Positions 1-11,562 are shown, counted from the first letter of the stretch. The stretch: 64,000 nt of DNA from an uncultured delta proteobacterium (GCA_963840855.1 CAWJBB010000041.1:192001-256000); one strand, 5' to 3'. Numbers and translations: made by a program. Notes: generated by a model not told the origin, from the letters alone.

Positions 1-1
1 C

Positions 2-2224
2 ACCGATATACAGCCTGTGCTAGACGCCGTCGTCAAGAATGCTGCAAAGCTCTGCGAGGCTGACGACGCTTTGATTACTCGCATCGATGGTGATTCCTTG
101 AAAAGGGTAGCTAATTATGGACCACTGCCCGGGTCGCTGGGCGGAGGTCCGGCCTTCGACCGTGGCTCGATAGCCGGCCGAGCCATCATTGCCCGGCAAG
201 CCGTTCACATACCTGACCTCGCAACAGAACCAGTGGATGACCTTCCGGCACCACTCGCTAGAAGTATAGGAGTTCGGACCGTACTTGCTACTCCACTACT
301 GCGTGAGGGTATGCCGATCGGCACGATCATGATCCGTCGGACGGAGGTTCGACCCTTTTCGGAAAAGCAAATCAAGCTCCTCGAAACCTTCGCCGACCAG
401 GCAGTAATTGCCATCGAAAATGTCCGCTTGTTCAAGGAACTCGGGGAACGCAATGCGGAACTGCGGGAGGCCCTAGAACATCAAACTGCTACGGCCGAGG
501 TGCTTGGCATTATCAGCCGATCGCCTACGGACGTACAGCCGGTCCTCGATGCCATCGTCGAGAGCGCGGCGCGGGTTTGTGGGATTGATGACGTGCAGCT
601 GCGACTGCACGAGGGCGACAATATGGTTTCGCGGGCTCATTTTGGTCCCATACCCAGCGGCCGCTTCGAGATCAGCATCGATGCGCCACAGTTTCGCTGG
701 ATGCGCGAGCATGGCACTCTCCACATTCCCGACGTCCGTACGCAGCGCAATGATTTTCCAACGCTGGGTTCCGACAGCGGCTCGCGCACCTTTTTACTCG
801 TTCCCCTTCGTCAGCAGGGGGAACACATTGGAGTACTGGCCGCCCGTCGCGGCGAGGTGCGCCCCTTCACCCCGGTGCAGATCAAACTTCTCGAAACCTT
901 TGCCGACCAGGCGGTGATCGCAATCGAGAACGTGCGGCTGTTCAAAGAGTTACAAGAACGGACGCGCGAATTGATGGAATCGGTGGAGGAGATGAAAGCT
1001 CTCGGAGAAGTCGGCCAAGCAGTCAGCTCCACTTTGGATCTCCAGACAGTCCTCAGTACGATTGTGCGCCACGCTGTCCAGCTTTCTGGAACTAATGGCG
1101 GTGTTATCTATGAATACGATGAAGCTGCTCAAGAGTTTCATCTCAGAGCGAGCGACCGCATGGAGAAAGAAGTGATCGAGGCTCTCCAAACCACTCCAAT
1201 TCGCCCAGGTCAGGGTGCCACCGGGCAAACCGTGAGCGCTCGCGCGCCAGTTCAGGTTTTTGACTTATTGGACGAGCGAGAGATTAGCGGCACCCGAATC
1301 CGGCCGATAATGGCGCGGCTGGGTTATCGATCGTTACTTGCGGTTCCAATTCTGCGCGAGGAGCGGATCATGGGTGCCTTAACCGTCTGGCGTAAGGAGG
1401 TAGGCAACTTTTCACCTGAGATTGTGAACCTTCTTCAGACGTTTGCGACACAGTCCGCCCTCGCAATTCAAAACGCACGCTTGTTCCGTGAGATTGAGAA
1501 CAAGAGCCGCGAGATTGAGACGGCTAACCGGCACAAATCTGAATTTCTCGCCAACATGTCCCACGAGCTGCGCACGCCATTGACCGCCATCATTGGGTTC
1601 TCCGAGGTTCTTTCAGAGAAGGTTTTCGGAGAAATGAATGACAAGCAGAGCGAATATATGGACGATATCGTCTCCTCGGGGCGTCATCTTCTTTCGCTGA
1701 TCAACGACATTCTGGATCTGTCCAAAGTCGAGGCCGGGCGGATGGAATTGGATCTGACAAAGTTTGACATACCAACCGCGATCGACAACGCGCTGATTCT
1801 CATACGAGAACGGGCGACGCGGCACGGTATAACGCTACGGCATACCGTAGACGAGCGTGTGGGCGAAGTCCTCGGTGACGAGCGAAAGTTCAAGCAAATT
1901 CTTTTGAATCTATTATCGAATGCAGTCAAGTTTACTGCGGAAGGTGGACATGTCGACGTTGATGCCGCGTTGACCAACGGAGCGGTAGAGATATCGGTGA
2001 GCGACACGGGCGTAGGCATCGCCCCCGAAAACCAGGAGGCGATCTTTGAAGAATTTCGTCAGGTGGGTACCGACGTTTCCAAGAAGCGCGAAGGAACGGG
2101 TTTAGGGTTGACGCTCACGCGGAAGTTTGTCGAATTGCATGGGGGGAAGATTTGGGTTGAAAGCGCAGTCGGCAAGGGGAGTACATTCACGTTTACTCTG
2201 CCGCTTCAACCAAGAGAGGTTTGA
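2..2224 (+). CDS. Multi-GAF sensor histidine kinase (5' end lies outside the window)
   Basis: Repeated GAF units ending [19 protein letters not shown]; HisKA H-box [13 protein letters not shown]; HATPase N/G boxes ([21 protein letters not shown]). The frame is open to the window edge. Confidence 0.93.
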   Translation, partial: TDIQPVLDAVVKNAAKLCEADDALITRIDGDSLKRVANYGPLPGSLGGGPAFDRGSIAGRAIIARQAVHIPDLATEPVDDLPAPLARSIGVRTVLATPLLREGMPIGTIMIRRTEVRPFSEKQIKLLETFADQAVIAIENVRLFKELGERNAELREALEHQTATAEVLGIISRSPTDVQPVLDAIVESAARVCGIDDVQLRLHEGDNMVSRAHFGPIPSGRFEISIDAPQFRWMREHGTLHIPDVRTQRNDFPTLGSDSGSRTFLLVPLRQQGEHIGVLAARRGEVRPFTPVQIKLLETFADQAVIAIENVRLFKELQERTRELMESVEEMKALGEVGQAVSSTLDLQTVLSTIVRHAVQLSGTNGGVIYEYDEAAQEFHLRASDRMEKEVIEALQTTPIRPGQGATGQTVSARAPVQVFDLLDEREISGTRIRPIMARLGYRSLLAVPILREERIMGALTVWRKEVGNFSPEIVNLLQTFATQSALAIQNARLFREIENKSREIETANRHKSEFLANMSHELRTPLTAIIGFSEVLSEKVFGEMNDKQSEYMDDIVSSGRHLLSLINDILDLSKVEAGRMELDLTKFDIPTAIDNALILIRERATRHGITLRHTVDERVGEVLGDERKFKQILLNLLSNAVKFTAEGGHVDVDAALTNGAVEISVSDTGVGIAPENQEAIFEEFRQVGTDVSKKREGTGLGLTLTRKFVELHGGKIWVESAVGKGSTFTFTLPLQPREV

Positions 2225-2604
2225 TGGCCAATGAACTAATACTGATCATTGAGGACAACGAGAAAAACCGTAAGCTCATTCGTGATTTACTTCAGGTCAA
2301 GGGCTACCAGACAATTGAGAGCGAGACAGCGGAGGAGGGGCTAAGACTGGCCGAAGAAAGAAAACCGGCCCTCGTTCTGATGGATATCCAACTCTCTGGC
2401 ATGGACGGCATCGCTGCGATGAAACAGCTTAAAGCTACGCCCGCTACTCGAACTATACCGGTGATGGCGATCACGGCATCGGCCATGACCCACACCCGTG
2501 AATCGATGCTGGATGAAGGATTTGACGGCTATCAGACCAAGCCGTTTAACTTGACCGAATTTCTCGCCGATGTGGGCGAGTTGATCAGTCAAAGTCGCTC
2601 ATAG
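2224..2604 (+). CDS. Single-domain response regulator (DivK/CheY-like)
   Basis: IIEDN, LMDIQL and TKP receiver motifs; the ATG overlaps the kinase stop (TGATG). Confidence 0.92.
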   Translation: MANELILIIEDNEKNRKLIRDLLQVKGYQTIESETAEEGLRLAEERKPALVLMDIQLSGMDGIAAMKQLKATPATRTIPVMAITASAMTHTRESMLDEGFDGYQTKPFNLTEFLADVGELISQSRS

Positions 2605-2705
2605 TCAATTCACTTTGCACAACTTCGCCAGAACCATTGGCTCGCGTGTGTCTGAATCGGTATTCGATCCGGAGCAGAACCGCGCGAGGATCTTTTAACC
2701 CTGTA

Positions 2706-2770
2706 ATTGAACTGAATTCTCCATCGACTCAATCCTGCGAGATTTGTCCGTTGCGTCGATCAATTCAATC
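2706..2770 (+). repeat. ~66-bp palindromic element, copy A (upstream of SBP gene 1)
   Basis: ATTGAACTGA...TCAATTCAATC termini; conserved core TTCTCC..AATCCTG.GAGATTTG..GCGTCG. Confidence 0.85.
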
Positions 2771-2884
2771 TTGGGTTAAAAATCTGGTTTTTCCACTCGA
2801 CGGATATCTTTCGCCTTCTGTCGTAAATCCCACTTTCCTTTATCTGTATCCGCGTGATAGATAACGCTCGAAACGAGGTGCGCA
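2771..2884 (+). promoter_or_regulatory. Conserved leader shared by all four SBP paralogues
   Basis: TAAAAATCTGG..CCACTCGACG..TCGCCTTCTGTCGTAAAT..CCGCGTGATA recurs at ~6091-6194, ~8431-8541 and ~17187-17295. Confidence 0.7.
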
Positions 2885-3883
2885 ATGAAGAAAGCTGCGG
2901 TGCCATCAATCCTTGTTGCAGTGGTGTTGCTTGCTCTTGGGGTGATAGCCGAGGCGCAGCAGCCGAAGAAAGTCCCTCGGATAGGGTATCTAGCGACAAG
3001 CGATGCGGCTACTGAGTCCGCCCGTGCCGAGGCAATTCGGCTGGCTCTGCGTGAGCTTGGCTACATAGAAGGACAGAACATCGCCTTCGAGTACCGATAT
3101 GCGGAGGGGAAGCGCGATCGGTTCCCCGAGCTTGCAACCGAGCTCGTGCGTCTCAAGGTTGATGTCATCGTGGTAGCAGGAGGCGACCTACTGGTCCGGC
3201 CGGTCATGAACGCGACCAAGACGATTCCCATCGTTATGATAGGCGTTGGGGGCGATCCTGTCGAGGACGGCCTAGTTGAAAGCCTTGCCCGTCCCGGCGG
3301 CAACGTCACCGGTCTTACTCTCCTTTACAGAGAACTAAGCGGGAAGCGACTGGAGCTGCTCAAAGAAGCCGTCCCAAAAGTTGTCCGTGTCGCGGTTGTC
3401 TACGATCCGGGCAATCCGCGCAGTGTACGCGATGTGAAAGAGGTTCTTCCAGTCGCGGCGCATGCGCTGGGATTGACTGTTCGGTCTTGGGAGGTACGAG
3501 ATGCGGACGGTTTTGAAAAGGTATTCGCTGCGATAAACAAGGAGCGCCCGGATGGACTCTATGTGCCCGGTGGGGGCTCGATAATCCTTGCTAACCAAAA
3601 ACGGATCGCGGGCCTTGCGTTAAAGAGCCGGCTACCGTCGGTGTATAACAGCAGAGAATTTGTAGATGCCGGCGGGCTCATGTCCTACGGGCCGGACATC
3701 GCAGACAGCTACCGGCGCGTCGCGTATTACGTGGACAGGATTCTGAAGGGAGCCAAGCCTGCCGATCTGCCGGTGGAGCAGCCGACGAAGTTCGAGCTGG
3801 TGATAAATCTCAAGACGGCGAAGCATATCGGCCTGACGATTCCGCCGGAGGTGCTTGCGCGGGCGACCAAGTTGATCAAGTAA
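2885..3883 (+). CDS. ABC transporter substrate-binding protein (ABC_sub_bind family), paralogue 1
   Basis: Signal peptide ending AEA-QQP; motifs RIGYL, LARPGGNVTG, KRLELLKE, PADLPVEQPTKFELVINLKTAK. Confidence 0.93.
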   Translation: MKKAAVPSILVAVVLLALGVIAEAQQPKKVPRIGYLATSDAATESARAEAIRLALRELGYIEGQNIAFEYRYAEGKRDRFPELATELVRLKVDVIVVAGGDLLVRPVMNATKTIPIVMIGVGGDPVEDGLVESLARPGGNVTGLTLLYRELSGKRLELLKEAVPKVVRVAVVYDPGNPRSVRDVKEVLPVAAHALGLTVRSWEVRDADGFEKVFAAINKERPDGLYVPGGGSIILANQKRIAGLALKSRLPSVYNSREFVDAGGLMSYGPDIADSYRRVAYYVDRILKGAKPADLPVEQPTKFELVINLKTAKHIGLTIPPEVLARATKLIK

Positions 3884-4052
3884 ATTGGTGTCTTCCTCTG
3901 GAATCGAAAAGATAAAACGTGCTTACCCGCTGCGCATTCTACAGGTAGACTTATTAGTTCAGCGGGAACAAGTTGATTAACAAGGTGATTCACTTCTCTA
4001 TGATACCGCTATACGTAAAACTGCCCAAACCACCCGAGCAGGAGGAAAAGTC

Positions 4053-4505
4053 ATGGCCGTGAAAGTGCTTGAGCTACATCACCACGGAATCCGGGTAGGC
4101 CCCACACCCGAGCAGCTGAGCAAGGCCCTCACCTTTTACCGCGACGTGCTGGGACTGACTCCAGATCCCGGACGCCCAAAGATTCCGGGCATCCCGGGAT
4201 ACTGGATGGATTTGGGTCACACACAGATTCACCTGATGGGAGTTAGCGGTCCTTCCAAGTACGCAAAGGGAGAACGGCAGGATCCGACGCTGACCCATGT
4301 GGCACTGGCGGTGCCGGACGTCCAGGAGGCCAAGCGCGAGCTGGACCGGCTCGGCGTCAAATACTGGACGTTGGCCGGCGTAGTGGGGCCGCATATCGAA
4401 CAGATCTTCATGGATGACCCGTTCGGCAACATGATCGAGCTGCACCAAATCGGCACCTGTCGTTGCAACAGAGAGAGCGCTGAAGGAACTGAAACCGTTG
4501 ATTGA
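4053..4505 (+). CDS. VOC/glyoxalase family protein
   Basis: LHHHGIRV, QIHL, HVALAV and DPFGNMIELH motifs; GGAGG RBS. Confidence 0.88.
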   Translation: MAVKVLELHHHGIRVGPTPEQLSKALTFYRDVLGLTPDPGRPKIPGIPGYWMDLGHTQIHLMGVSGPSKYAKGERQDPTLTHVALAVPDVQEAKRELDRLGVKYWTLAGVVGPHIEQIFMDDPFGNMIELHQIGTCRCNRESAEGTETVD

Positions 4506-4696
4506 CCGGCTAACAAGCGGCTAGCGCAAACTGCGAGAAAAGTACGCCGTTGTCATATCAATCGGCGTGAGGTTCGAGGTCTGCCGGAGCGTGAGACAAA
4601 TCAAGCCTTCGCGTCACCCCATAGACCTTTTCGTTTATGTCCCGCTCCTCGCCATGAGGTATTCTAGGCAGTTTATTGAAGCAGGAGAGAAAAGCC

Positions 4697-6001
4697 ATGG
4701 CTTCAATGCCACGCAAGGTCGACGCCAACGCGCTCCGTGTGGCTATCGTCGGCGGCTCGATGGGCGGGTTAACGACGGCGTTGCTGCTTCGCAACCTCGG
4801 CCGCGATGTCGATGTGTTCGAGCGAGCAACCGGCGAGTTGACCGGGTTCGGAGCGGGGATCGTAGCGCACGAAGTGAGCCTTCGATACTTCGTGGAACGA
4901 ACGACGATTTCGCTCGACAACATGACCGTCCCGGTCCGTACTTACCGGCTTCTCGACGGGGCCGGTTCACTGCTGTGGGAGGAACCCGTCGCCTACCGTT
5001 TCGTCTCGTGGGGCAGCCTGTACCGGGCCCTTCTTCGCGAGTTCGGCCGCGAGCGCTATTTCCAGGGAGCGGCGCTCGTCGGGTTTAGCCAGGACGGACA
5101 TGGAGTTGACCTGCGATTCGCTAGCGGGGAGCAACTCCGGTACGACCTTCTCGTGCTCGCGGATGGCGTCCTCTCGACGGGCCGCCAACTGCTGTTTCCC
5201 GGCGTCGAACCCGTTTACGCTGGTTACGTGGCATGGCGAGGCACGGTCGCTGAACGAGACATCCCGGTTCGCGTGCTCGAACGAATTGACGACACGATCA
5301 CATACGCACTCATCCCGAACAGTCACATTCTTGTCTACCCGATCCCCGGCGCAGATGGCCGTGTAGACCGGGGCGACAGACGCTGGAACTTCGTGTGGTA
5401 TCGTAACGTCGATAAGGGAGCTACTTTCGACGAGCTGATGACCGATCGCGACGGCTCCCCGCATTCGGTCTCGCTGCGTCCAAGTCGTGTTCAGGACCGG
5501 TACGTGCGCGAACTCAAGGAACTCGCCGCCGCTGCGTTGCCGCACGAGATTGCCTCTATTGTCACAGTCACCGAACATCCGTTCATCCAGGCGATTATGG
5601 ACGTCGAGTCGCCCACTATGGCCATCGGTCGGGTCTGCCTCTTGGGGGACGCCGCGTTTGCGGTCCGACCGCACGCGGCGGCCGGCACTGCCAAGGCCGC
5701 CGAGAACGCATGGACCCTCGCTGAAGCGCTTGAGGCATTCGACGGCGATTTGCCCGGCACGCTCCAGATGTGGTCCGAGCATCAAACAGCGCTCGGCTCA
5801 GGCCTCATCGCGCGGACGCGCCACATCGGAGAAGGCTCACAGTTCCGCTGTGACTGGCGGCCGGGCGATCCGGGCCTAAGGTTCGGCCTCTACGAGCCTG
5901 GTGATTCGTCCATTTGGACTCGCGCGCCGCGCGCCGTCGTCCTTAGGACACCAAGTGCGCAATCTGGAGTGCGGGGTGGAAAAACTGATGGCTCGGATTA
6001 A
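4697..6001 (+). CDS. FAD-dependent monooxygenase (2,6-dihydroxypyridine hydroxylase-like)
   Basis: GGSMGG Rossmann motif, ADG, YAGYVAWRG, NFVWY, LLGDAAF..RPHAAAGTAKAA. Confidence 0.85.
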   Translation: MASMPRKVDANALRVAIVGGSMGGLTTALLLRNLGRDVDVFERATGELTGFGAGIVAHEVSLRYFVERTTISLDNMTVPVRTYRLLDGAGSLLWEEPVAYRFVSWGSLYRALLREFGRERYFQGAALVGFSQDGHGVDLRFASGEQLRYDLLVLADGVLSTGRQLLFPGVEPVYAGYVAWRGTVAERDIPVRVLERIDDTITYALIPNSHILVYPIPGADGRVDRGDRRWNFVWYRNVDKGATFDELMTDRDGSPHSVSLRPSRVQDRYVRELKELAAAALPHEIASIVTVTEHPFIQAIMDVESPTMAIGRVCLLGDAAFAVRPHAAAGTAKAAENAWTLAEALEAFDGDLPGTLQMWSEHQTALGSGLIARTRHIGEGSQFRCDWRPGDPGLRFGLYEPGDSSIWTRAPRAVVLRTPSAQSGVRGGKTDGSD

Positions 6002-6070
6002 CTCTGCTGGAACGCAAGTAAACAATCAGAGACCCATGTAGTATGCACTTAAATGCCGCATCTAACTGAC

Positions 6071-6090
6071 GCGTCGTTCAGTTGAATCTC
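6071..6090 (+). repeat. Palindromic element copy B (right half only, upstream of SBP gene 2)
   Basis: GCGTCGTTCAGTTGAATCTC followed by the conserved leader. Confidence 0.65.
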
Positions 6091-6194
6091 AGGCTAAAAA
6101 TCTGGGTTTCCCACTCAACGAATACTTTTCGCCTTCTGTCGTAAATGGCACTTTTCTCTGCTACCTTCCGCGTAATACGCAAATGGTGTCTGCA

Positions 6195-7190
6195 ATGAAA
6201 AAAGCTGGTGTTTTGTCAATCCTGTTCGTAGTGATTCTACTTGCTGTTGGAGTCATAGCCGAGGCGCAGCAGCCGAAGAAGGTTCCGCGGATTGGATATT
6301 TATCAAATACCGGTCCCGCTGGTGAATCCAATCGTTCCGAGGCAATTCGATCGGCTCTACGCGAGCGTGGCTATATAGAAGGACAGAACATCGTCACCGA
6401 GTACCGATATTCGGAGGGGAAGGTCGATCGGTACCCAGAGTTATTGGCCGAGCTGGTCCGTCTCAGCGTTGATATCATCGTGGTCGCAGGAGGGGCACCG
6501 TCGATCCGGGCGGCCATGAATGCGACAAAGACTATTCCCATCGTGATGATGGGCTCTGGGATCGATCCTGTGGAGGGAGGCCTGGTGAAAAACCTCGCCC
6601 GTCCCGGCGGCAACGTCACCGGCCTTACTCTCCTTTCCAGAGAGCTAGGCGGTAAGCGGCTGGAGCTGCTCAAAGAAGCTGTTCCCAAACTTTCTCGCGT
6701 CGCGGTTCTCTACGATCCGGCCAATCCGGGCAGCGTAATCGAGGTGAAGGAGGCTCTTCCGGTCGCGGCCCGTGCGCTGCGGTTGACTATTCAGCCGTGG
6801 GAGGTGCGAGCTGCGAAGGATTTCGAGGAGGTGTTCGCCGCGCTAAATAAGCAGCGTCCGGATGGACTCTACGTGCTTGCGGGCGGCCTAATGACTGCTA
6901 ACCAGAAACGGATCGTCGGCTTCGCGTTAAAGAACCGGTTGCCGTCGGTGTGCACCAACAGAGAAGCTGTAGATGCCGGCGGGCTCATGTATTACGGGGC
7001 GGACCTCGTGGACAGCTACCGGCGCGTCGCATATTACGTGGATAGAATCCTGAAGGGAGCCAAGCCCGCCGATCTGCCCGTCGAGCAGCCGACGAAGTTC
7101 GAGCTGGTGATCAATCTCAAAACCGCCAAGCAGATCGGTCTGACAATTCCGCCGGAGTTGCTAACCAGGGCGAACAAGTTGATCAAGTGA
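6195..7190 (+). CDS. ABC transporter substrate-binding protein, paralogue 2
   Basis: Same motifs as paralogue 1; the ATG of MKKAG aligns with the paralogue starts. Confidence 0.93.
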   Translation: MKKAGVLSILFVVILLAVGVIAEAQQPKKVPRIGYLSNTGPAGESNRSEAIRSALRERGYIEGQNIVTEYRYSEGKVDRYPELLAELVRLSVDIIVVAGGAPSIRAAMNATKTIPIVMMGSGIDPVEGGLVKNLARPGGNVTGLTLLSRELGGKRLELLKEAVPKLSRVAVLYDPANPGSVIEVKEALPVAARALRLTIQPWEVRAAKDFEEVFAALNKQRPDGLYVLAGGLMTANQKRIVGFALKNRLPSVCTNREAVDAGGLMYYGADLVDSYRRVAYYVDRILKGAKPADLPVEQPTKFELVINLKTAKQIGLTIPPELLTRANKLIK

Positions 7191-7207
7191 CCACGCGGCG
7201 ATGCCAA

Positions 7208-7278
7208 GATTGAACTGATTTCTCCGACGAACCAATCCTGGGCAACGTTCGATGCAAGGATCGTTGAATTGCAACTTG
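7208..7278 (+). repeat. Palindromic element copy C (downstream of SBP gene 2; right half degenerate)
   Basis: GATTGAACTGATTTCTCCGACGAACCAATCCTG begins 18 bp after the stop codon. Confidence 0.75.
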
Positions 7279-7321
7279 TATCGAAATACTCTCTTGGCGA
7301 GTACAAGATAGGAGTTTAGTG

Positions 7322-8313
7322 ATGGCGGAAACACGAGCAGCACTCAAAGCGGTAGACCGTCTGGAAATCACAACTCTGGTGGACAACACGATCGACGTGT
7401 TTCTACCCAGCACAAATGAGATTCGTCGACCCCAAGTACCAACAGAGCTACCGTGGGGAGAACGTACGTCGCTTATTTCTGAGCACGGCTACTCTGCTTT
7501 GGTCAGAGTCCACGCGGGTGACCGCTCGGCTAGCCTTCTATTCGACGCGGGTATCAGCACCACTGCGCTCATTCACAACATGGATGTGCTCGAAATAAAG
7601 CCACAAGAGTTACACAGCATTGTTCTGAGTCACGGCCATGTCGATCATACGCAAGGCTTGGTCGGGATGATCAAGCGGCTAGGGAAAATGCGTATGCCCA
7701 TCCTGTTGCACCCCGACGCTTTTTTGAATCGCAAGGTGATCCTGCCTGACAAGCATGAGCTTCACTCGCCCGCACCAAACCGTCACTTGTTAGAACAGGA
7801 AAATGTCGAGTTCGTCGAAGAGCGGCTGTTCCTATTTGCTCGAAGGGATGGTGCTGGTGACGGGGCAGATCCATCGCACAACCGAGTTTGAAAAAGGGTT
7901 TCCCCATTCACTACTCCGAGATCAATGGCGCATGGCAGTCCGATCCGTTAATTCACGATGACCAGGCTTTAGTGGTGAACGTGCGGGACAAAGGACTCGT
8001 CGTGATGACCGGCTGCGGCCACGCGGGTGCAATCAATTCCATTCGTTATGCCCAGAAACTTACCGGCGTCGACAAAGTCTACGCGTTACTGGGCGGGCTG
8101 CACCTGACCGGCGCTGTTTTTGAGCCGATCATTGCTCCAACCGTGAAGGAATTGAAGGCAATTGCTCCACGACTTCTGATGCCCGGACACTGTACGGGCT
8201 GGAAAGCGATTCACGCATTTGCGCGAGAGTTTCCAGAAGCCTTTGTCCAAGGCAGTGTGGGTACTCGCCTGGTCGTTGAGTGCGGCTCACAAACAGCGGG
8301 AGGATTGAGTTAA
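7322..8313 (+). CDS. MBL-fold metallo-hydrolase, split by a frameshift near 7825
   Basis: SEHG, LFDAG, SHGHVDH in the first ORF; DDQAL, TGCGHAG, GGLHL, PGHCTG in the second ORF. Confidence 0.82.
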
Positions 8314-8363
8314 GGTGTCACGGCATTCGCGCGGCAGCTCACTATTTGCGTTAGCCTCCTTCA

Positions 8364-8430
8364 GATCGAACTGTTTTCTCCTACAAACAAATCCTGTGAG
8401 ATTTGCCTGTAGCGTCGTTCAATTCAATCT
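8364..8430 (+). repeat. Palindromic element copy D (upstream of SBP gene 3)
   Basis: GATCGAACTG...GCGTCGTTCAATTCAATCT. Confidence 0.82.
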
Positions 8431-8541
8431 CAAGGTGGCCCTGGACTTCTTAATTGACGAATCCGTGTCGCCTTCCGCCGTAAATCACCTTTTCTTTATT
8501 ACCGTCCGCGTGCTTAGTAACGTCCCAGGACTGGGTGGGCA

Positions 8542-9536
8542 ATGAAAAAGCTGGTGTCTCGTCAATCCTGTTCGTAGTGATCCTACTTGCTGTTGGAATT
8601 ACAGCCGAGGCGCAGCAGCCGAAGCAGGTTCGTCGAATAGGGTATCTAACTGGCTCTTCCCCTTCTGCTGAGTCGGCACGCATCGAGGCATTCCGACAGG
8701 GTCTGCGCGAGCTTGGATACGTCGAGGGGAAAAACATTGTCATCGAGTTGCGGGGCGCGGAGGGAAAGCTCAATCGTCTCCCCGCGCTCGTGGCTGAATT
8801 GGTGCGTCTCAAGGTCGACGTAATCGTTACGGGAGGTCCAGCGGTAACCCGTGCTGTTAAGGAAGCAACTGCTACAATTCCCATTGTGATGACACAGGAT
8901 CCCGATCCTGTTGGAAGCGCGTTCGTCGCCAGCCTCGCACGACCCGGCGGCAATATTACCGGGTTGTCAACCCTTTCCCCAGAGATAACCGGAAAACGAC
9001 TGGAGCTTCTGAAGGAGATCGTTCCTAAGCTCTCCCGTGTGGCTGTCCTCGGGACTTCGACCAGACCGGGCACCGCACGGGAGTTAAAAGAAGTGGAACT
9101 CGCCGCAGGGGCGTTCGGAGTGGAGCTTCAATACCTAGACGTTCTTGATCCCAAGGATATTGAGACCGCATTCCGAGCGGCGAGCAAGGGGCGGGTTGAC
9201 GCAGTCCTTATGTTGGTGTCGGGCGGCGTCGTCGATGCTCATCGAACAACGATTGTCGAACTCGCGGTAAAGACCCGGCTCCCTGTGATATACGGCACGG
9301 GCGGGCGAGCATTTGTAGAAGCCGGTGGGCTGATGTTCTACGGCGTGAACGTCAACGACTTGGACCGGCGCGCGGCCACTTACGTAGACAAGATACTCAA
9401 AGGGACAAAGCCCGGCGACATTCCCGTCGAGCAGCCGAAAAAGTTCGAGTTCATCATCAATCTGAAGGCCGCCAAGCAGATCGGCCTGATGATTCCGCCG
9501 AACGTGCTGGCGCGGGCGGACAGGGTGATTCGATGA
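8542..9536 (+). CDS. ABC transporter substrate-binding protein, paralogue 3 (one A missing in the homopolymer after the ATG)
   Basis: ATGAAAAAGCT here versus ATGAAAAAAGCT in paralogue 2; otherwise the full family motif set is present. Confidence 0.88.
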
Positions 9537-9563
9537 TGAAAGAAGACCTACCGAGAGCGCCAG

Positions 9564-9604
9564 GATTGAACTGAATTCTCCGTTCAACCAATCCTGTGAG
9601 ATTT
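9564..9604 (+). repeat. Palindromic element copy E (left part, downstream of SBP gene 3)
   Basis: GATTGAACTGAATTCTCCGTTCAACCAATCCTGTGAGATTT. Confidence 0.8.
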
Positions 9605-9723
9605 AAGCGTACGCCGCCGCTTGCGGCCCAGGCCGAACCTATGATGCTCATGGGCGTAAAACACGTGCAGGTGAGGCGCGACCTTAAAAATCTACGGCCG
9701 CTTGCAACTGAAAGGAGTTATCG

Positions 9724-11130
9724 ATGCTTAGAGTTGAGCAGAATGATCGGTTAACACAGGTGGGGCCGGGAACGCCGCTGGGAGAGCTCATGCGGCGGTA
9801 CTGGCAGCCAATCGCCGTGGCTTCGGAACTAAAGGAGAATCCTACCAAGTCCATTAAGCTCCTGGGAGAATGTTTAGTGCTGTACAAAGACCGGCAAGGC
9901 CGGTTGGGCCTGATCGATGAGGCCTGCGCGCATCGGCGCGTCAACCTGGTTTACGGCATTCCGGAGAATGAGGGCCTGCGTTGCCCTTATCATGGTTGGC
10001 TGTTTGACCAGCAGGGACGGTGTCTGGAAATGCCCGCGGAGGCCCCGGAAAGCACGTTCAAAAACCGGATCAAGATGAAGGCATATCCCGTTCAGGAGCT
10101 GGGAGGATTGATCTTTGCGTACCTGGGGCCGGAGCCCATACCGTTGGTACCGCGCTGGTATCCATTCGTGCGCGATGACGTGATCCGTGATGTCGGGTGG
10201 GCTGTGGTGCCGTGCAATTGGTTGCAGATCATGGAAAATTCTCTCGACCCGGTGCACGGAGAATACCTGCATCGCTATTTCACCAACTACGTATTGGAGC
10301 GGTTGGGTTATATCGAGGATAAAGGCGATCTCCGCGGCCCGGGCGGCGCGCCCGGGAGAGCGCACGGGAAAACGCCGGCAGACTACTGGCGCACGAGCGC
10401 CAAGGTGGTGCACCATAACAAGGTCGGCTTCAACGTTTTCGAGCACGGCATTACCAAACACCGGCTGCTGCAGGGAGAATCCGAGGAGACTTCCCCCTCT
10501 TGGCGCATCGGCCATCCGATCCTGTTTCCCAACTTTGAGCACGGCGCCGGCGGCGGCGGGTTCCAAATCCGCGTCCCGATGAACGATACCAACACTTACT
10601 ATCTCTGGTACAACTGCCACCCCGCATCTAGGGAAGAGGCTGCGGCGCAGAGGCCTGAGGACATTCCGGTCTATCGGGTGCCTCTGCCGGGCGTCGACGA
10701 GCGCGGGATACCCGTATGGGAGCGGTTCGACAACAACAGCGGCCAGGACAACATGGCGTGGGTTTCTCAGGGCGAGCGCATGCAGCGCAACCTAGAGAAT
10801 CTCGGCGAATCGGACGCCGGCATTATCCTGTATCGGCGGCTGCTCAACGAGCAGATCCAGATCGTCGAGGATGGCGGCGAGCCGATGAATGTCTTCCGCG
10901 ACCCGGCCAAAAATCAATGCGTGACGTTCCCATACGAAGGGGCTGAGGGAGCCGGTGATGAAACCGGTGATGTGGTTTACGGCTATGCCCGCCGCACCGA
11001 GAGACTTTCCAGCGGCACTTCCGGTAAGTATAGCCCGATCAATCTGAAGCGGGCAGAGGAGGCGGGCTCGCCGCTGCCGAAGCCGGTGCCGCCGATTAGC
11101 GGGGGCATTACTGTAACCTCGCCCAAATAG
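9724..11130 (+). CDS. Rieske non-heme iron oxygenase alpha subunit (LigX / phthalate 4,5-dioxygenase-like)
   Basis: LTQVGPGTPLGELMRRYW; Rieske CAHR...CPYHGW; mononuclear iron site ENSLDPVHGEYLH. Confidence 0.9.
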   Translation: MLRVEQNDRLTQVGPGTPLGELMRRYWQPIAVASELKENPTKSIKLLGECLVLYKDRQGRLGLIDEACAHRRVNLVYGIPENEGLRCPYHGWLFDQQGRCLEMPAEAPESTFKNRIKMKAYPVQELGGLIFAYLGPEPIPLVPRWYPFVRDDVIRDVGWAVVPCNWLQIMENSLDPVHGEYLHRYFTNYVLERLGYIEDKGDLRGPGGAPGRAHGKTPADYWRTSAKVVHHNKVGFNVFEHGITKHRLLQGESEETSPSWRIGHPILFPNFEHGAGGGGFQIRVPMNDTNTYYLWYNCHPASREEAAAQRPEDIPVYRVPLPGVDERGIPVWERFDNNSGQDNMAWVSQGERMQRNLENLGESDAGIILYRRLLNEQIQIVEDGGEPMNVFRDPAKNQCVTFPYEGAEGAGDETGDVVYGYARRTERLSSGTSGKYSPINLKRAEEAGSPLPKPVPPISGGITVTSPK

Positions 11131-11222
11131 CCGCGCGTACAATCGGCTGTCGTTCGCCAACCCGCTTTAAAAAAGTCGGGTTGCCAACTGCATCGAATCC
11201 GCGCTCGCCACAGGAGACCGCC

Positions 11223-11370
11223 ATGGAAGAAACTGCTGCTGTTCCCGAAGCGCAAAGTTTCCAGCTCAAGACCCCTTGCTGCCAGAAGGGCGGACCAACA
11301 AAGTCCTCGCCCAGACGGATTCGCTCAAGCTCCGCATCAAGGTGTACGCCGAAGGTGGCGAAAATGGCTC
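11223..11370 (+). pseudogene. Truncated cupin-domain gene fragment
   Basis: FQLKTP / EGRTNKVLAQTDSLKLRIKVYAEGGEN is a cupin-like N-terminus, frameshifted and cut off before the His motif. Confidence 0.45.
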
Positions 11371-11562
11371 GCGTGCCCCTGAACTGATCGAACTGTTCAA
11401 GGCTTTTTCCGGCGGCGCGCCGCTGCCGCCGCAGTTAGAAATCAAAGCCACGCGCTCCGAAGAAAAACCCGCGCACAGAAATGGCCGGGCCCCACAAGGC
11501 GGCGCCCGCCATTCCCGACGGAAGATCTCAGTTGCTCTCGTAGCTAATCGGCCGTATCGAAA

